Assembly: GCA_913009835.1 (NCBI GenBank)
Contig: CAJVXH010000001.1
Location: 1,992 to 65,991, forward strand
From: an uncultured bacterium
GTDB taxonomy: Bacteria; Electryoneota; Electryoneia; Electryoneales; Electryoneaceae
Reading direction: 5' to 3'
Length of the DNA: 64,000 nt
Part shown: positions 20,313 to 30,338 of the stretch, one piece after another
Position numbering within the stretch: position 1 is the first letter of the stretch
Layout: every line of letters begins with the position of its first letter
Program-made: the position numbers and the translations under genes
Notes under the pieces: model-generated
Told to the model about the DNA's origin: nothing
Database searches by the model: none
Seen by the model: the letters and a program-made list of their open reading frames with translations, nothing else

Positions 20313-22126
20313 AAGATGAGCATACAGCAGCGCTGAAAGGTCGAGAAGTATACGTCCTATGCGATAATGACGAGGCTGGATTCGCTCACCAGCTCTTGGT
20401 TGCTCATGCGCTTCATGGCAAGGCTGCACGAGTCTACACTGTGGAGCCGTTCGACACCCTTAAGGGCGAGGGTGGTGACGTAACTGACTGGGTTAATGAT
20501 CACGAACGAGAGGGGCGTGCGCAGAACGAGATCGCTGAGCTAATTGCCGAAACGTGTTCCCCACTCCACCGAGCTATCTTATTCGATCTGGAGAGCCCTC
20601 CACCATGGAGTATTGGATTGGATCAAAACACTCCGAAAACGTGTGACTTGTATGACAGTTCTTCTTGGGAGGAGCCGTTACCCCTGGACACCTTTGATCT
20701 CCGGGAATTGCCCGAAGACTTGCTCCCTCCTCCCCTTGGCCCAATGGTGTCAGCAGTCGCTCGATTCATAGAGGTTCCACCTGAGATACCCGCATTGACG
20801 ATATTTGCTATTGTCGCAACAGCGGTCCAAGGAAAGTATCGCGTTCAAATTCGCGAGGGACATCATGAAGAGCTGTCGATCTGGACAATGTCTCTCGCTG
20901 AATCAGGTGAACGAAAAACCCCAACTCTGGACCGACTTCGTATTCCATTGGATAAGTGGAAACACGATAGAGCGGCTAGTATTGCATCGACAATCCGGGA
21001 AGCAAAAGCCAAACGGGAATTGCAGGAACGTGCGATAAAGATCCTGAAGGAGCAAATTGAGATTGATGATCCTGATGAGCTTCAAGACGCAGCGTATAGG
21101 GTTGCAGATATGGAGGGTGCTCTCTCCACTATTCCGGTTCCACCTGAAATCTATTCGAACGACATTACTCCTGAGGAGTTGGTAGTCCGTATGGCGGAAA
21201 ACCATGGATGCATGGCCATAATCTCCGACGAGGCGGGCATGTTTGACACTTTGTCCGGACGATATGCTCAAAAAGGCGGTGTGAACCTTGATGCTGTGAA
21301 CTCGGGATGGAATGGCGGTAGAGTATCCAGTCATCGAAGATCTCGCGAGGCAATCCACATTGAACGTGCATACTTGTCATTTGCCCTGACCGTACAGCCT
21401 GATGCGGTTTCCGCAATGGCGGAAAAGGAACGTATGCGGTATCGAGGTTTCCTTCCCCGGTTCCTCTTTGTCATTCCACGGTCGAGAGTAGGATATCGAA
21501 CGAATACTGGACCAGCTATTCCATATTCCGTGCAATTAGAATATGAATCGACCATTCAGGCTCTGTTGGATATTGAACATTGCGATAGTGAGTCCGATGA
21601 AGATTATTCTGAATCCACTCCAAGAGAGTTGACCTTGTCGAAGCAGGCTTTCGCACTATTCCATGAGTTTTGGACGGAAATTGAAAAACAACTGCGAGAT
21701 GGCAACACCTTGGAAGGGATTCGGGAATGGGGAAACAAGTTCCCTGGCAACATTGCCCGGATAGCGGGTCTTCTCCATCTCTCTATATACGCCAAGAGCA
21801 CAATTCCATCCGAGATTGCTGCGTCCGAAATGAAGACCGCCATCAAATTCGGCAGCCTCCTCATCCCACACGCTTTAGCTGCCTTCAATCTTCTGGACGA
21901 ACCGGCACTTTATAAGAATGCCCGTTATCTACTCGGATGGATCAAACGCGAACGGTTAACCACATTCAAGACTCGAGATGCACAAAGGCGAAACCAGAGA
22001 CGATTTCGTCAGGCAACGCTTCAACCAGTTCTGAAAGAACTTGAGGAGCGAGGATACATCCGTAGTGGTGAAGCCGATGATCCCCGCGTCAAAATATGGG
22101 AGGTCAATCCTTGTTTGTTTTCCTGA
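20309..22126 (+). CDS. Primase C-terminal part: second half of Toprim (DxD) plus a DUF3987-like domain
   Basis: Begins with VYVLCDNDEAGFAHQ (Toprim DxD), followed by a large P4-alpha/DUF3987-like region. Overlaps the upstream ORF by 4 bp in a different frame. Confidence 0.6.
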   Translation: MKDEHTAALKGREVYVLCDNDEAGFAHQLLVAHALHGKAARVYTVEPFDTLKGEGGDVTDWVNDHEREGRAQNEIAELIAETCSPLHRAILFDLESPPPWSIGLDQNTPKTCDLYDSSSWEEPLPLDTFDLRELPEDLLPPPLGPMVSAVARFIEVPPEIPALTIFAIVATAVQGKYRVQIREGHHEELSIWTMSLAESGERKTPTLDRLRIPLDKWKHDRAASIASTIREAKAKRELQERAIKILKEQIEIDDPDELQDAAYRVADMEGALSTIPVPPEIYSNDITPEELVVRMAENHGCMAIISDEAGMFDTLSGRYAQKGGVNLDAVNSGWNGGRVSSHRRSREAIHIERAYLSFALTVQPDAVSAMAEKERMRYRGFLPRFLFVIPRSRVGYRTNTGPAIPYSVQLEYESTIQALLDIEHCDSESDEDYSESTPRELTLSKQAFALFHEFWTEIEKQLRDGNTLEGIREWGNKFPGNIARIAGLLHLSIYAKSTIPSEIAASEMKTAIKFGSLLIPHALAAFNLLDEPALYKNARYLLGWIKRERLTTFKTRDAQRRNQRRFRQATLQPVLKELEERGYIRSGEADDPRVKIWEVNPCLFS

Positions 22127-22207
22127 TAGAAAACGATCCGTCACACAAGTCACACGTTTTACAGTGTTTTACAATTATTCAAGCTGAATAAGGAGATCGC
22201 ATTAGTA

Positions 22208-22882
22208 GTGACACATTCACAAAGATTATTGGAGGATGTCATGCCAACCAGCAAGCGTCAGATCAAAGCAAACCGCGAGAACGCAAAGCGTTCCACCGGG
22301 CCAAGAACACCCAAAGGTAAGGCGGTAGTTCGGTTCAATGCAGTCACTCACGCCTTGACGGCGCTTTCTCCGTTTTTACCTGGGGAAAACGAGGAAGAGT
22401 TTCAACGCATACAGGATACGCTGATGAAGGAACACCAACCTGTTGGAGAATATGAAACACTTTTGGTTGAACGGTTTGCCCATAATATGTGGCGGCTTAG
22501 ACGAGTGCCTGTCATGACGGCTGCTGTGTTAGAGTATCAGCGGCTGAAAATTGAAGCTCAGGACTGGTATGAGGAGTCGCGGAAGTATGTCTGCGATACC
22601 TTAGGAGATCTTACAAAGGGGTTCAGTGAACATGTGACAAATCAACATGCCTACGACCATGCCATGCGAAAACATGAATCATGTCTTAAGCAGGCGCGGG
22701 AGGGAATTGCTGACATAGGTCGTCGAATCAGCTTGATCGTGAATGAAGGCGCATGTGACAAGCTGCAACGATATGAGGGTTGGCTAGAAAGAAGGGTCAT
22801 TAAATTGCGACATGAGCTGGATGACGTACAGACTCGCAGGAAAGAAACGGGGAAATATCAGGGTATGACTGGAGAAAACTGA
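22208..22882 (+). CDS. Hypothetical protein (island)
   Basis: 224-aa ORF with no recognisable motifs. Convergent with the STAND gene. Confidence 0.35.
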   Translation: MTHSQRLLEDVMPTSKRQIKANRENAKRSTGPRTPKGKAVVRFNAVTHALTALSPFLPGENEEEFQRIQDTLMKEHQPVGEYETLLVERFAHNMWRLRRVPVMTAAVLEYQRLKIEAQDWYEESRKYVCDTLGDLTKGFSEHVTNQHAYDHAMRKHESCLKQAREGIADIGRRISLIVNEGACDKLQRYEGWLERRVIKLRHELDDVQTRRKETGKYQGMTGEN

Positions 22883-22981
22883 AAATGGGTTTGTTTCGCA
22901 AAAGATGATTGTTGTCGTCCCTGATTTATCCAGCCAGCCTCAGAATGGAATCCGATTGAAGTAAGATTCTTACTCTGACCA

Positions 22982-25900
22982 TCATGAGAAAAGATGATCG
23001 GGATTCGAGGTCGAAATGATTTGTGTCGCACCCACAATGAAATAAACGGATTCTATCTTGGGATTCTCATAGCTGTGTTCCCGGGTGAACCATTTCAGTT
23101 CGCATATCCAGCAGAGTTTTGCATGATGCTGCTCTACGAACTTGTCTATCACATCTCGATTCAGTGTTAGAACACTCCCATGACGAAATGGCATGTCGGC
23201 AATCTGCTTATCTTCCAACCCTTCTGTCCAGTCATACCATTGCGCTAATGCGGAATCCTCAACTTTGTAGATGATTTGATCCTGTTGAACATCAATTTGA
23301 ACTGTAGATTCTGCCAGCTGAGGATGCAGACCTCGGATTCTATCATCTAGTCGCCATGCTTGCCACCTGGGAGATGTATTTGGCCATAGCTCCGCTGAAA
23401 TTGGGAGAAGACTCCATCCGCCAAGTTGGAGTAATCCCTTTGGCGAGATTGAATCATCATAGCTGCCTGCGAACCTGCAATCACCAACGGTTGGTCTCTG
23501 TAGACCATAGCGTTCCATCGCCCCGAAGATGGCTTCATCAGAAATCCTATCTGAATCTGTACACCATTGAAGAGCACCCATGATTGTTACCTGAAATATC
23601 GTTCCAGATTTTTCACCGAGCCTCCCCTTCGCATAGCCCAAATAACCTTGCTTGGTTTCTAGTTTTAGTTCGTCCAACGTTCTCGATATATCCCCCGGCA
23701 GAGTATCAACAATCACCCCGGAGTCTTTATCAACACTGGGCCACCAAGCTGGAGAGCGACGAGGTTCGAGGGAGATTAAACTCAGATCGGTAGGTAGAGT
23801 TTCAATCGCGAAATTTCGTGCAGTTTCATCATCTATTTGCTTTGACGTTCTGAGCCACGTCAATAATCGGAGATACCCACTGATTGCACTCTCGTTAATT
23901 TTGATCTCAAAAGAAACGATATGTTCTGAATCTTTCCGCCCGTAGTGGCTACTAGCACTAAAATCAACATCTGTACGTTCTACTACCTTATTTGTTTCGT
24001 ATGCCCATCTCTGGAATAGATCAGTTGGGATGTTTTTCATCATATGTCTTAGGTGTCCCCGGATGAATCCCGGGACGATTGGGTAATGCCGCTCCCAGGA
24101 TTTCGGAGGACTGAACCTCATAACCGTAGAATCATCATGTTCTATGGAAGCAAGCCTAGTTTTCTGACCATACAATTCAAACAGCAGGTAGTCAGACAAC
24201 ACGCTGTGATATTGAATAGCTGCAACCAAAGCATCATAGTCGGGTAGCTGCGCGCCGTACTTCTCTTTTGCAACCAGCAACGTAAACAAACCGGTCGCAA
24301 CCCTGGTTTCCATATCTTGCTCTGAAAACCAGCTAATGAAAAAGTTTATCACTGTTCCGTTCTGTTGCTCATCGCCCAGTAGTTTGGCGATCTCAACGAC
24401 AGCTCTTTCTCGAACCATACCTGAGGGAGCTATCAGTCTGGAAAACAGCACACTCAGCGCTGTATTGTCGCCTTGGACCGGATCGATGATCCATACAGAT
24501 GGAGGAAGTTTAAAGGGTGATACCAAACCATGAAGAGTTATCATAACTCCAGAAATAAAGTCAGATGCGCTTCTACTTTGGTTCATTTTACATAAAAAAC
24601 CTACTATGTACCGTATCTCTCTATGTATCCCAAAATATCTATAATAGTATGGCATATGATAAACTAGTTCCCTTAAAATATCTCTCCAATTATTGTTGTA
24701 GTGATTCTTAATGATATCGAGTACATTTAATATCTCTTCTAATCTTGTATTCCAAGAACTCAATATTTGTTCTTCTTTACAGCATTCAATGAATATGGGT
24801 AACGCTTGTTTACGACCATATTTGCGGACCTCAAGATCATATCGAATGAAACCTGGTTTAAAATACGATTTCGTCTTGGAATAGTTGTCAATTGCTTCGA
24901 TGATTTGCTCTGGATCGATTTGCGTTTCCCAATGGGAAACCCACGGTTTAAGCCTGTCTGCATCATTGTAGATATCAGCATCAGAGCATGCTTGAAAGTA
25001 TTCATTCAGTTTGAGTGGAGGAAAGTTCGCTGGATCGGGTGGTGACTTAGATGCTGAGCTGGATCGTTTTTCCTGCAACTCTTCATCACTCTTCTTGCTT
25101 ACCCTTACGCCATAGTATTCTTCCAACTGTTCCATGATGTGAGCGGCAGCTGTGTCACCTGAACTTGCTCGTTCCCTAAGCCAGTTCCAAGAATCCTCAT
25201 CTACGCATGTACAGCCGATGGCAGCATAGATTGGATCGCTGAAGTCAGCCATTTCAAGGATGTTCAGAAAGTGTCGTTCAGCCCTGTAATACTCTTCACC
25301 TTCGATGAAATACAGATAGTACGGTGCGACGAGTTCGGGGTACAACCTGCGCAGGCTTGATCCGTAGTTTAGGGGAAAGTGCCTGGTCTCTTTACCATCC
25401 GTGTACTCGTCTATGCTGTCGAGTACTGGTGCAAGCTCAACCAAAGTTGATCTAATGAACTGTGCGTCGAGTGTATTGCGGTTTTCCTCCAAGGACTCAA
25501 GAATGTCATGGATCAATATGTCCTTTCTGTGACCATGAACGATGCAGAAGTCGATGAATGACCTTAATGCGCTGGATGCATATTCGGTCTTCCCGTTGAT
25601 GGCGAACACTGATGATATTGTTGCGTAGTTATATGCACCATCTGTCGAAGCAAATTCCACATCAGTCGCGCAGAATTGATCTCTGTTCTCATACAACCAA
25701 TCGAGAGCTCTTTCGGAAAGCCAAGTGAGTCTCCTGTCTTGCAAAAGCACAAGAATATCAGTGATGAAGGAGTGGGGGGAATTTGTCAATTCTATCAGGT
25801 CTTGATCTGAAATCGTCAGTCTAGTACCAACGGTAGTTGAAATGAGCATGGAATCAAGAACGATACGTAGGAAGACTTTGCGGAATGATTTCCCGTACTC

Positions 25901-28900
25901 AAAGCCTTCACGATCAATTGAGAAGTCGGGCGGCTCCAGTTCCGATAGTTGTTCATAATACCAAGCCACACCAGTATCCTCTCGCTGACCTAGCCTGTCT
26001 GCAAGAGTTTTTGCAAGGATGTCAATCCTGTACAGAGCATATTTTATCCACTTTTTAGATTTGGCCGAAGAGAAAAGTTCATCTCGTTTATCCACCATAC
26101 CTAACATATTTGTTAGGAGTAGATAAAAATAGCTATTGTAGAAAAAGTCATCAAGCTGAGGACCAAATTCATACAACTGGTACTCTTTGACTGAAAATAT
26201 CGAGGTATCAACAGCGATAATATCATTGATATCTGGGACAGTTCCATTTACCAGATAGCTTAAAATATGATACAAGTTTGAGTTACCATAATTAAAAATA
26301 GCCCAGGCAGTATCATTCTCAAGTGCACTAAGTATACCATCATCTATTAGAGTATTCTTCTCATCTTCAGTTAGATTTTCATTAACAAGATCACCAATGA
26401 CATTTGAATACCCGAGTTTGCGAAGAGCTTTCACATATGAAATAGGTAAATCTTTGAAAGTTCTATTATTAATAATATGTTCTGCTATATTCTTAGCATC
26501 ACAATCGTAAATACATATTACTTCTGTAAGAGGCATCAACAGAGATTTCTTATCTGTATGGTTATGGTTTGTACTAATCATATCATACATAATACCCTTA
26601 CATTTTAATACAATTTCTTCATTTCCATATTCATTCGCATAATATGCTATATAAGGCAATTCTTCTGCTCCATACGTATCTAAATTATAATCAATAAGCA
26701 TTATTAGATGATCATCTTCTCGAAGGATGAGTTGAGCTTCCAGAGCTCGTGAAAACGCTTCGTCATGGACTCCTAGATAATCAGGAGCTAAGTAGTCACA
26801 TAGAAGACCTCGTTCTGCAAACGATTTGAAATCATCCGACAGAAATGCATGTTTGGAGCTGAGTTCAACAATTCTTCTAACATTCCAGTCCGAATAACCC
26901 TTGGCAAAAGAGTCGATAGCCCATTCTCTGGTAGCTCCTTTGATGAGGTTTTCAGGATTTCCCTGCTTTGCCTGTACGATCCATAAATACGCCCAGCGCA
27001 GGTATTCAGGAGCATGGTTACTCAACCAGGATAACATTGCTTCGAGTAACCTAGACTTTCTTTCGGAATACTCGTTTGTCTCAGAGACAAAGACCTTTAG
27101 ACTACCGTGTACAGGCTTCCATCCCAACTCTGACGAAACAAGCAAATGCCTAACAGCAGACCATTCCGTTTGCGCTACTTCACGAGAAAACTCTGCCAGA
27201 ACAAGTACATCAGGAATAGACCCGGTCGGCCATGCAAAGTCAGCTAGCGTGAGCAGAATCAATGAAGACCGGCTAGCATCGCTAATTGCCAGCCATAGGT
27301 TGTTGTAGTAGCTCGTTATATTTTCATGGGGACAAACAGGTAGCGCTAAAACGTTTTTCTGGGTAATGGCTAGTTCCTGCTCGTAGAGGTTCTGAAGCGA
27401 GTATCGTAAATGCAACGGATGGCCATTGCTTATTTCTAGAAACGCATCAACGATATCTACTATTTCCTGTGGGTGACATTCCTCTCTTACTTGCCGCGAT
27501 GGTGGCGGGTGATTCAGATGGTAATCGACCCATCTTCCAACTGTATCTCGACCAAAGTGAGGTAACGTTAACCACGTATCAGTAGGAGCGTTCTTCAGGA
27601 AGCCGTATGGCAGTTGGGATTCCGATAAGGACTGAGTTCCAATTAGAAGAACGATATTAGAGGGAATAGGGAATAAATTCTTAAATAAATCAGAAAGTTC
27701 TGTTATGTTATGGTCTAATTCGCGCCACACATGATCAAGACCGTCAAGTACAATCACAAATGGATGTTCTCGTCTTTCAAAAGAAATGTTTAATTGTTCA
27801 ATCCATAATCTGAAGTCAGAAAAGGACGGGTTACGATTCTCATGGGAACCTAGACTCGAAGCATATTTCATTTGAATATCATGCATCAACGACTCAAGAA
27901 CTCGTTGAAATTCAAATCGGTCGTACGGTAGTGAATCATTGAGGCTCAAGAAATAGTGATGCCTCACAAACGAGATTTCGTCCTTTTTAAATTCGCTACA
28001 CAGGTTGCTTATGTATGTGCTCTTTCCAACCCCTGGGGGGCCAGATATCACATAGGTTGAACCGCCCCCAGATGCGAGTCGTGACTTTAGCTCCTCATGC
28101 CATCTCTCCGAAGGTAACATGAAGTCGTCAGGTATATTGAATCCCTGCTCAAACCCCCGAAGTCTATGCCATAGGGCTGCTTCACGAATCTCCAGGACAG
28201 TGATTTCGCGATTCTGATTTGGGATATCTTTCCGGAGTGCCCATTGCGTGATAGCTTGACGAAGCGAGTGCCATCCATCATTCGATCCACCCAACTGATC
28301 AAAACGATCACGGAGTCTTTCACACAGCACATTTAGATCTGTTTGGTCAAACTTGAATTGGAAGTTTTCTAGGAACGTCTTGATAGAATCAGCGTTGCCA
28401 AGCTGAGTAAGAAATTTGGCTTGAATAGATGCAGGGATTTTATCCCACTGCATGTATTGATCTTTCAGCGTTTCATCAATCTCGTCCACTGCCAATCGAT
28501 TCGTAACCAGGTTTCCGGATGGTGTCCCTTGCTGTTCGGATATGCGCTCAAAACTCTTGAACCACTTCTGCAATAGAGAGGTCTTCGGCTTGGATTTGTC
28601 TGTTCCCTGATCTAGTAGTTTTTTGAAGGTGAATGCGTCATCAAGTGGGTCGGGGTTTGTTGAAAACTTTGCCTGGTAGACCTCAATGGAACTATCCGCT
28701 CGCTTGAGTATCACATCATCCAGCGAGCCAAAGGAAGATTCTTCCACCTTCATCCACTGGTATCGATCCGGGTGTTCGAGCATGTAAATGGCAAACTGCA
28801 GGGCTATAGCATCTTGGTATTCATCACCAATGCGGCGTGGTCCTGATCGGGTGTAGGAAAGTTGTGGAGTTTGGTTTGCGGCTTCACTCATTACAAGGTT

Positions 28901-28924
28901 CCGAAAATTGTCGGTTCCGGCCAA
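22982..28924 (-). CDS. Giant STAND-type P-loop NTPase with N-terminal Cap4/DUF4297-like nuclease domain and long C-terminal helical-repeat region (Avs-like antiviral candidate)
   Basis: 1980 aa. N-terminus IGDEYQDAIALQFAIYML...VEESSFGSLDDVIL...EVYQAK fits the DUF4297 PD-(D/E)xK pattern. Walker A is VISGPPGVGKST and Walker B is FVIVLDGLDHV. About 1500 aa of repeat-like sequence follow. Confidence 0.7.
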   Translation of the reverse strand: MAGTDNFRNLVMSEAANQTPQLSYTRSGPRRIGDEYQDAIALQFAIYMLEHPDRYQWMKVEESSFGSLDDVILKRADSSIEVYQAKFSTNPDPLDDAFTFKKLLDQGTDKSKPKTSLLQKWFKSFERISEQQGTPSGNLVTNRLAVDEIDETLKDQYMQWDKIPASIQAKFLTQLGNADSIKTFLENFQFKFDQTDLNVLCERLRDRFDQLGGSNDGWHSLRQAITQWALRKDIPNQNREITVLEIREAALWHRLRGFEQGFNIPDDFMLPSERWHEELKSRLASGGGSTYVISGPPGVGKSTYISNLCSEFKKDEISFVRHHYFLSLNDSLPYDRFEFQRVLESLMHDIQMKYASSLGSHENRNPSFSDFRLWIEQLNISFERREHPFVIVLDGLDHVWRELDHNITELSDLFKNLFPIPSNIVLLIGTQSLSESQLPYGFLKNAPTDTWLTLPHFGRDTVGRWVDYHLNHPPPSRQVREECHPQEIVDIVDAFLEISNGHPLHLRYSLQNLYEQELAITQKNVLALPVCPHENITSYYNNLWLAISDASRSSLILLTLADFAWPTGSIPDVLVLAEFSREVAQTEWSAVRHLLVSSELGWKPVHGSLKVFVSETNEYSERKSRLLEAMLSWLSNHAPEYLRWAYLWIVQAKQGNPENLIKGATREWAIDSFAKGYSDWNVRRIVELSSKHAFLSDDFKSFAERGLLCDYLAPDYLGVHDEAFSRALEAQLILREDDHLIMLIDYNLDTYGAEELPYIAYYANEYGNEEIVLKCKGIMYDMISTNHNHTDKKSLLMPLTEVICIYDCDAKNIAEHIINNRTFKDLPISYVKALRKLGYSNVIGDLVNENLTEDEKNTLIDDGILSALENDTAWAIFNYGNSNLYHILSYLVNGTVPDINDIIAVDTSIFSVKEYQLYEFGPQLDDFFYNSYFYLLLTNMLGMVDKRDELFSSAKSKKWIKYALYRIDILAKTLADRLGQREDTGVAWYYEQLSELEPPDFSIDREGFEYGKSFRKVFLRIVLDSMLISTTVGTRLTISDQDLIELTNSPHSFITDILVLLQDRRLTWLSERALDWLYENRDQFCATDVEFASTDGAYNYATISSVFAINGKTEYASSALRSFIDFCIVHGHRKDILIHDILESLEENRNTLDAQFIRSTLVELAPVLDSIDEYTDGKETRHFPLNYGSSLRRLYPELVAPYYLYFIEGEEYYRAERHFLNILEMADFSDPIYAAIGCTCVDEDSWNWLRERASSGDTAAAHIMEQLEEYYGVRVSKKSDEELQEKRSSSASKSPPDPANFPPLKLNEYFQACSDADIYNDADRLKPWVSHWETQIDPEQIIEAIDNYSKTKSYFKPGFIRYDLEVRKYGRKQALPIFIECCKEEQILSSWNTRLEEILNVLDIIKNHYNNNWRDILRELVYHMPYYYRYFGIHREIRYIVGFLCKMNQSRSASDFISGVMITLHGLVSPFKLPPSVWIIDPVQGDNTALSVLFSRLIAPSGMVRERAVVEIAKLLGDEQQNGTVINFFISWFSEQDMETRVATGLFTLLVAKEKYGAQLPDYDALVAAIQYHSVLSDYLLFELYGQKTRLASIEHDDSTVMRFSPPKSWERHYPIVPGFIRGHLRHMMKNIPTDLFQRWAYETNKVVERTDVDFSASSHYGRKDSEHIVSFEIKINESAISGYLRLLTWLRTSKQIDDETARNFAIETLPTDLSLISLEPRRSPAWWPSVDKDSGVIVDTLPGDISRTLDELKLETKQGYLGYAKGRLGEKSGTIFQVTIMGALQWCTDSDRISDEAIFGAMERYGLQRPTVGDCRFAGSYDDSISPKGLLQLGGWSLLPISAELWPNTSPRWQAWRLDDRIRGLHPQLAESTVQIDVQQDQIIYKVEDSALAQWYDWTEGLEDKQIADMPFRHGSVLTLNRDVIDKFVEQHHAKLCWICELKWFTREHSYENPKIESVYFIVGATQIISTSNPDHLFS

Positions 28925-29057
28925 TGATCAATGAAGTTAACGGATTCTCGTTTGTACTCCAATTCTTAGCAGGACGGGAATCTCGCAGAACTGTAGGTAC
29001 GAATTACTTAATAGAGGGCTTTCTTCAAAGAAGACCAGGAATGAGGTGGATTGTCAA

Positions 29058-29312
29058 CTAGCGATTTAGGTGGGCATCAACTCGACGAAAGAATGCTTCA
29101 AGGCTTACATCCAGCTTCGACACAAATCGGCAGATCACTTGATACGTAGGATTTCGTACACCCCGTTCAACACCAGAAATGTACGTCCGATCCAAGCCGC
29201 AGCGGAACGCATACTCTTCCTGCGACAGCCCGAGTTCTTTCCTGAACTCACGCAGTGTATCTCCGAGCGCCTTAGCCTTAGCGGTGTCTACTGGGATCTT
29301 GAGTCTTGACAT
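29058..29312 (-). CDS. XRE-family helix-turn-helix transcriptional regulator
   Basis: 84 aa with LREFRKELGLSQEEYAFRCGLDRTYISGVERGVRNPT, a canonical XRE HTH. Confidence 0.75.
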   Translation of the reverse strand: MSRLKIPVDTAKAKALGDTLREFRKELGLSQEEYAFRCGLDRTYISGVERGVRNPTYQVICRFVSKLDVSLEAFFRRVDAHLNR

Positions 29313-29565
29313 AGACCCATATCTATGCTATCTATGACTATAAGTCTACGGACTATAAGTCACACACTCCGTTGGATTGAATGCTATTGAAAGGGAACAA
29401 CGACCATGCTGGGAGGGCTACTGGAAGAAGCATCGATCATCCAATCTGAGTATGGGCATGAACTTATGGCGGATTAGAGACAACCCAGAATCGGTCACTC
29501 AGTTCGAGGTGGCTAGATCCTGTGTGAAACACATGCATCCAAAAGGGATGAGTAAAGGGGGTTCC

Positions 29566-29994
29566 ATGTTCAGGAATATTGTAATGGCAGTTCTGTTGTT
29601 GCTGGTGGTATATAGCTTAAGCCATGCTGCCAGTCCACCAGTTTTGCTGGCTTCTCTTGACGCCGGTTATATGCTGAAAGGGGACGATAGCAGGGTTACC
29701 AGATACCGCTATCTTGTGTCACTGCTGGATGACAAGTACACAGAAACGCCTACCCAAATCGGCGATATGACGGTGACCGCACAAAAACAACTCAAAGACA
29801 AGTACGGAATCCGTACCAACCTCCTTACGATTCTTGAAGATACGAATCGAATTATTCTGTCTACAATTAATAATCCAAAGCCGAAGTATGCGGAATGGGC
29901 GGCCGCCTACGTTGTACTCGTCGGGGGTGGACAGGATCACAAAGAGGCCGCATTGGACTTGCAGGCATTAGCTCAGGTGTATGGATTGCTCTAG
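29566..29994 (+). CDS. Hypothetical secreted protein
   Basis: The ORF track opens at 29377, but a Shine-Dalgarno sequence (aaaggggg) precedes the ATG at 29566, which gives a clean signal peptide MFRNIVMAVLLLLVVYSLSHAASP. Confidence 0.4.
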   Translation: MFRNIVMAVLLLLVVYSLSHAASPPVLLASLDAGYMLKGDDSRVTRYRYLVSLLDDKYTETPTQIGDMTVTAQKQLKDKYGIRTNLLTILEDTNRIILSTINNPKPKYAEWAAAYVVLVGGGQDHKEAALDLQALAQVYGLL

Positions 29995-30338
29995 CTTTTT
30001 TTGTAGGGAGAATACATGGCGCAGACAGGTGATTTAGAAGACAGCGACTTCCTGATTGAAGGGAAGAATCCGTATTCCGGCAAGCACGATTGGGATCAGC
30101 TGGTTTGGGTCGTCTGATCAGTCTGATCGAAAAGCAGGGCATATTCAGCAAGATGATGGGTTATGAAACTACGCTAGAAAGGTCACTGATCCGCTTACTT
30201 CGATACTTGGAGACAATCTAATGCCCAGAAATGAAAAGGAGAATCCATCCTGACATTGGGTTTGTTCCGTAAACACTAACTGTTTCCAGACTCTCACCTC
30301 TTCCTCTGAAGCTAGACTTAAGTTAAATCAAACGTAAA

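Noticed and set aside
29377-29565. The extended N-terminus of ORF 29377-29994 as annotated in the ORF track
   Set aside because: The internal ATG at 29566 has a strong Shine-Dalgarno sequence and immediately yields a signal peptide. The upstream 63 codons look like read-through of the divergent promoter region.
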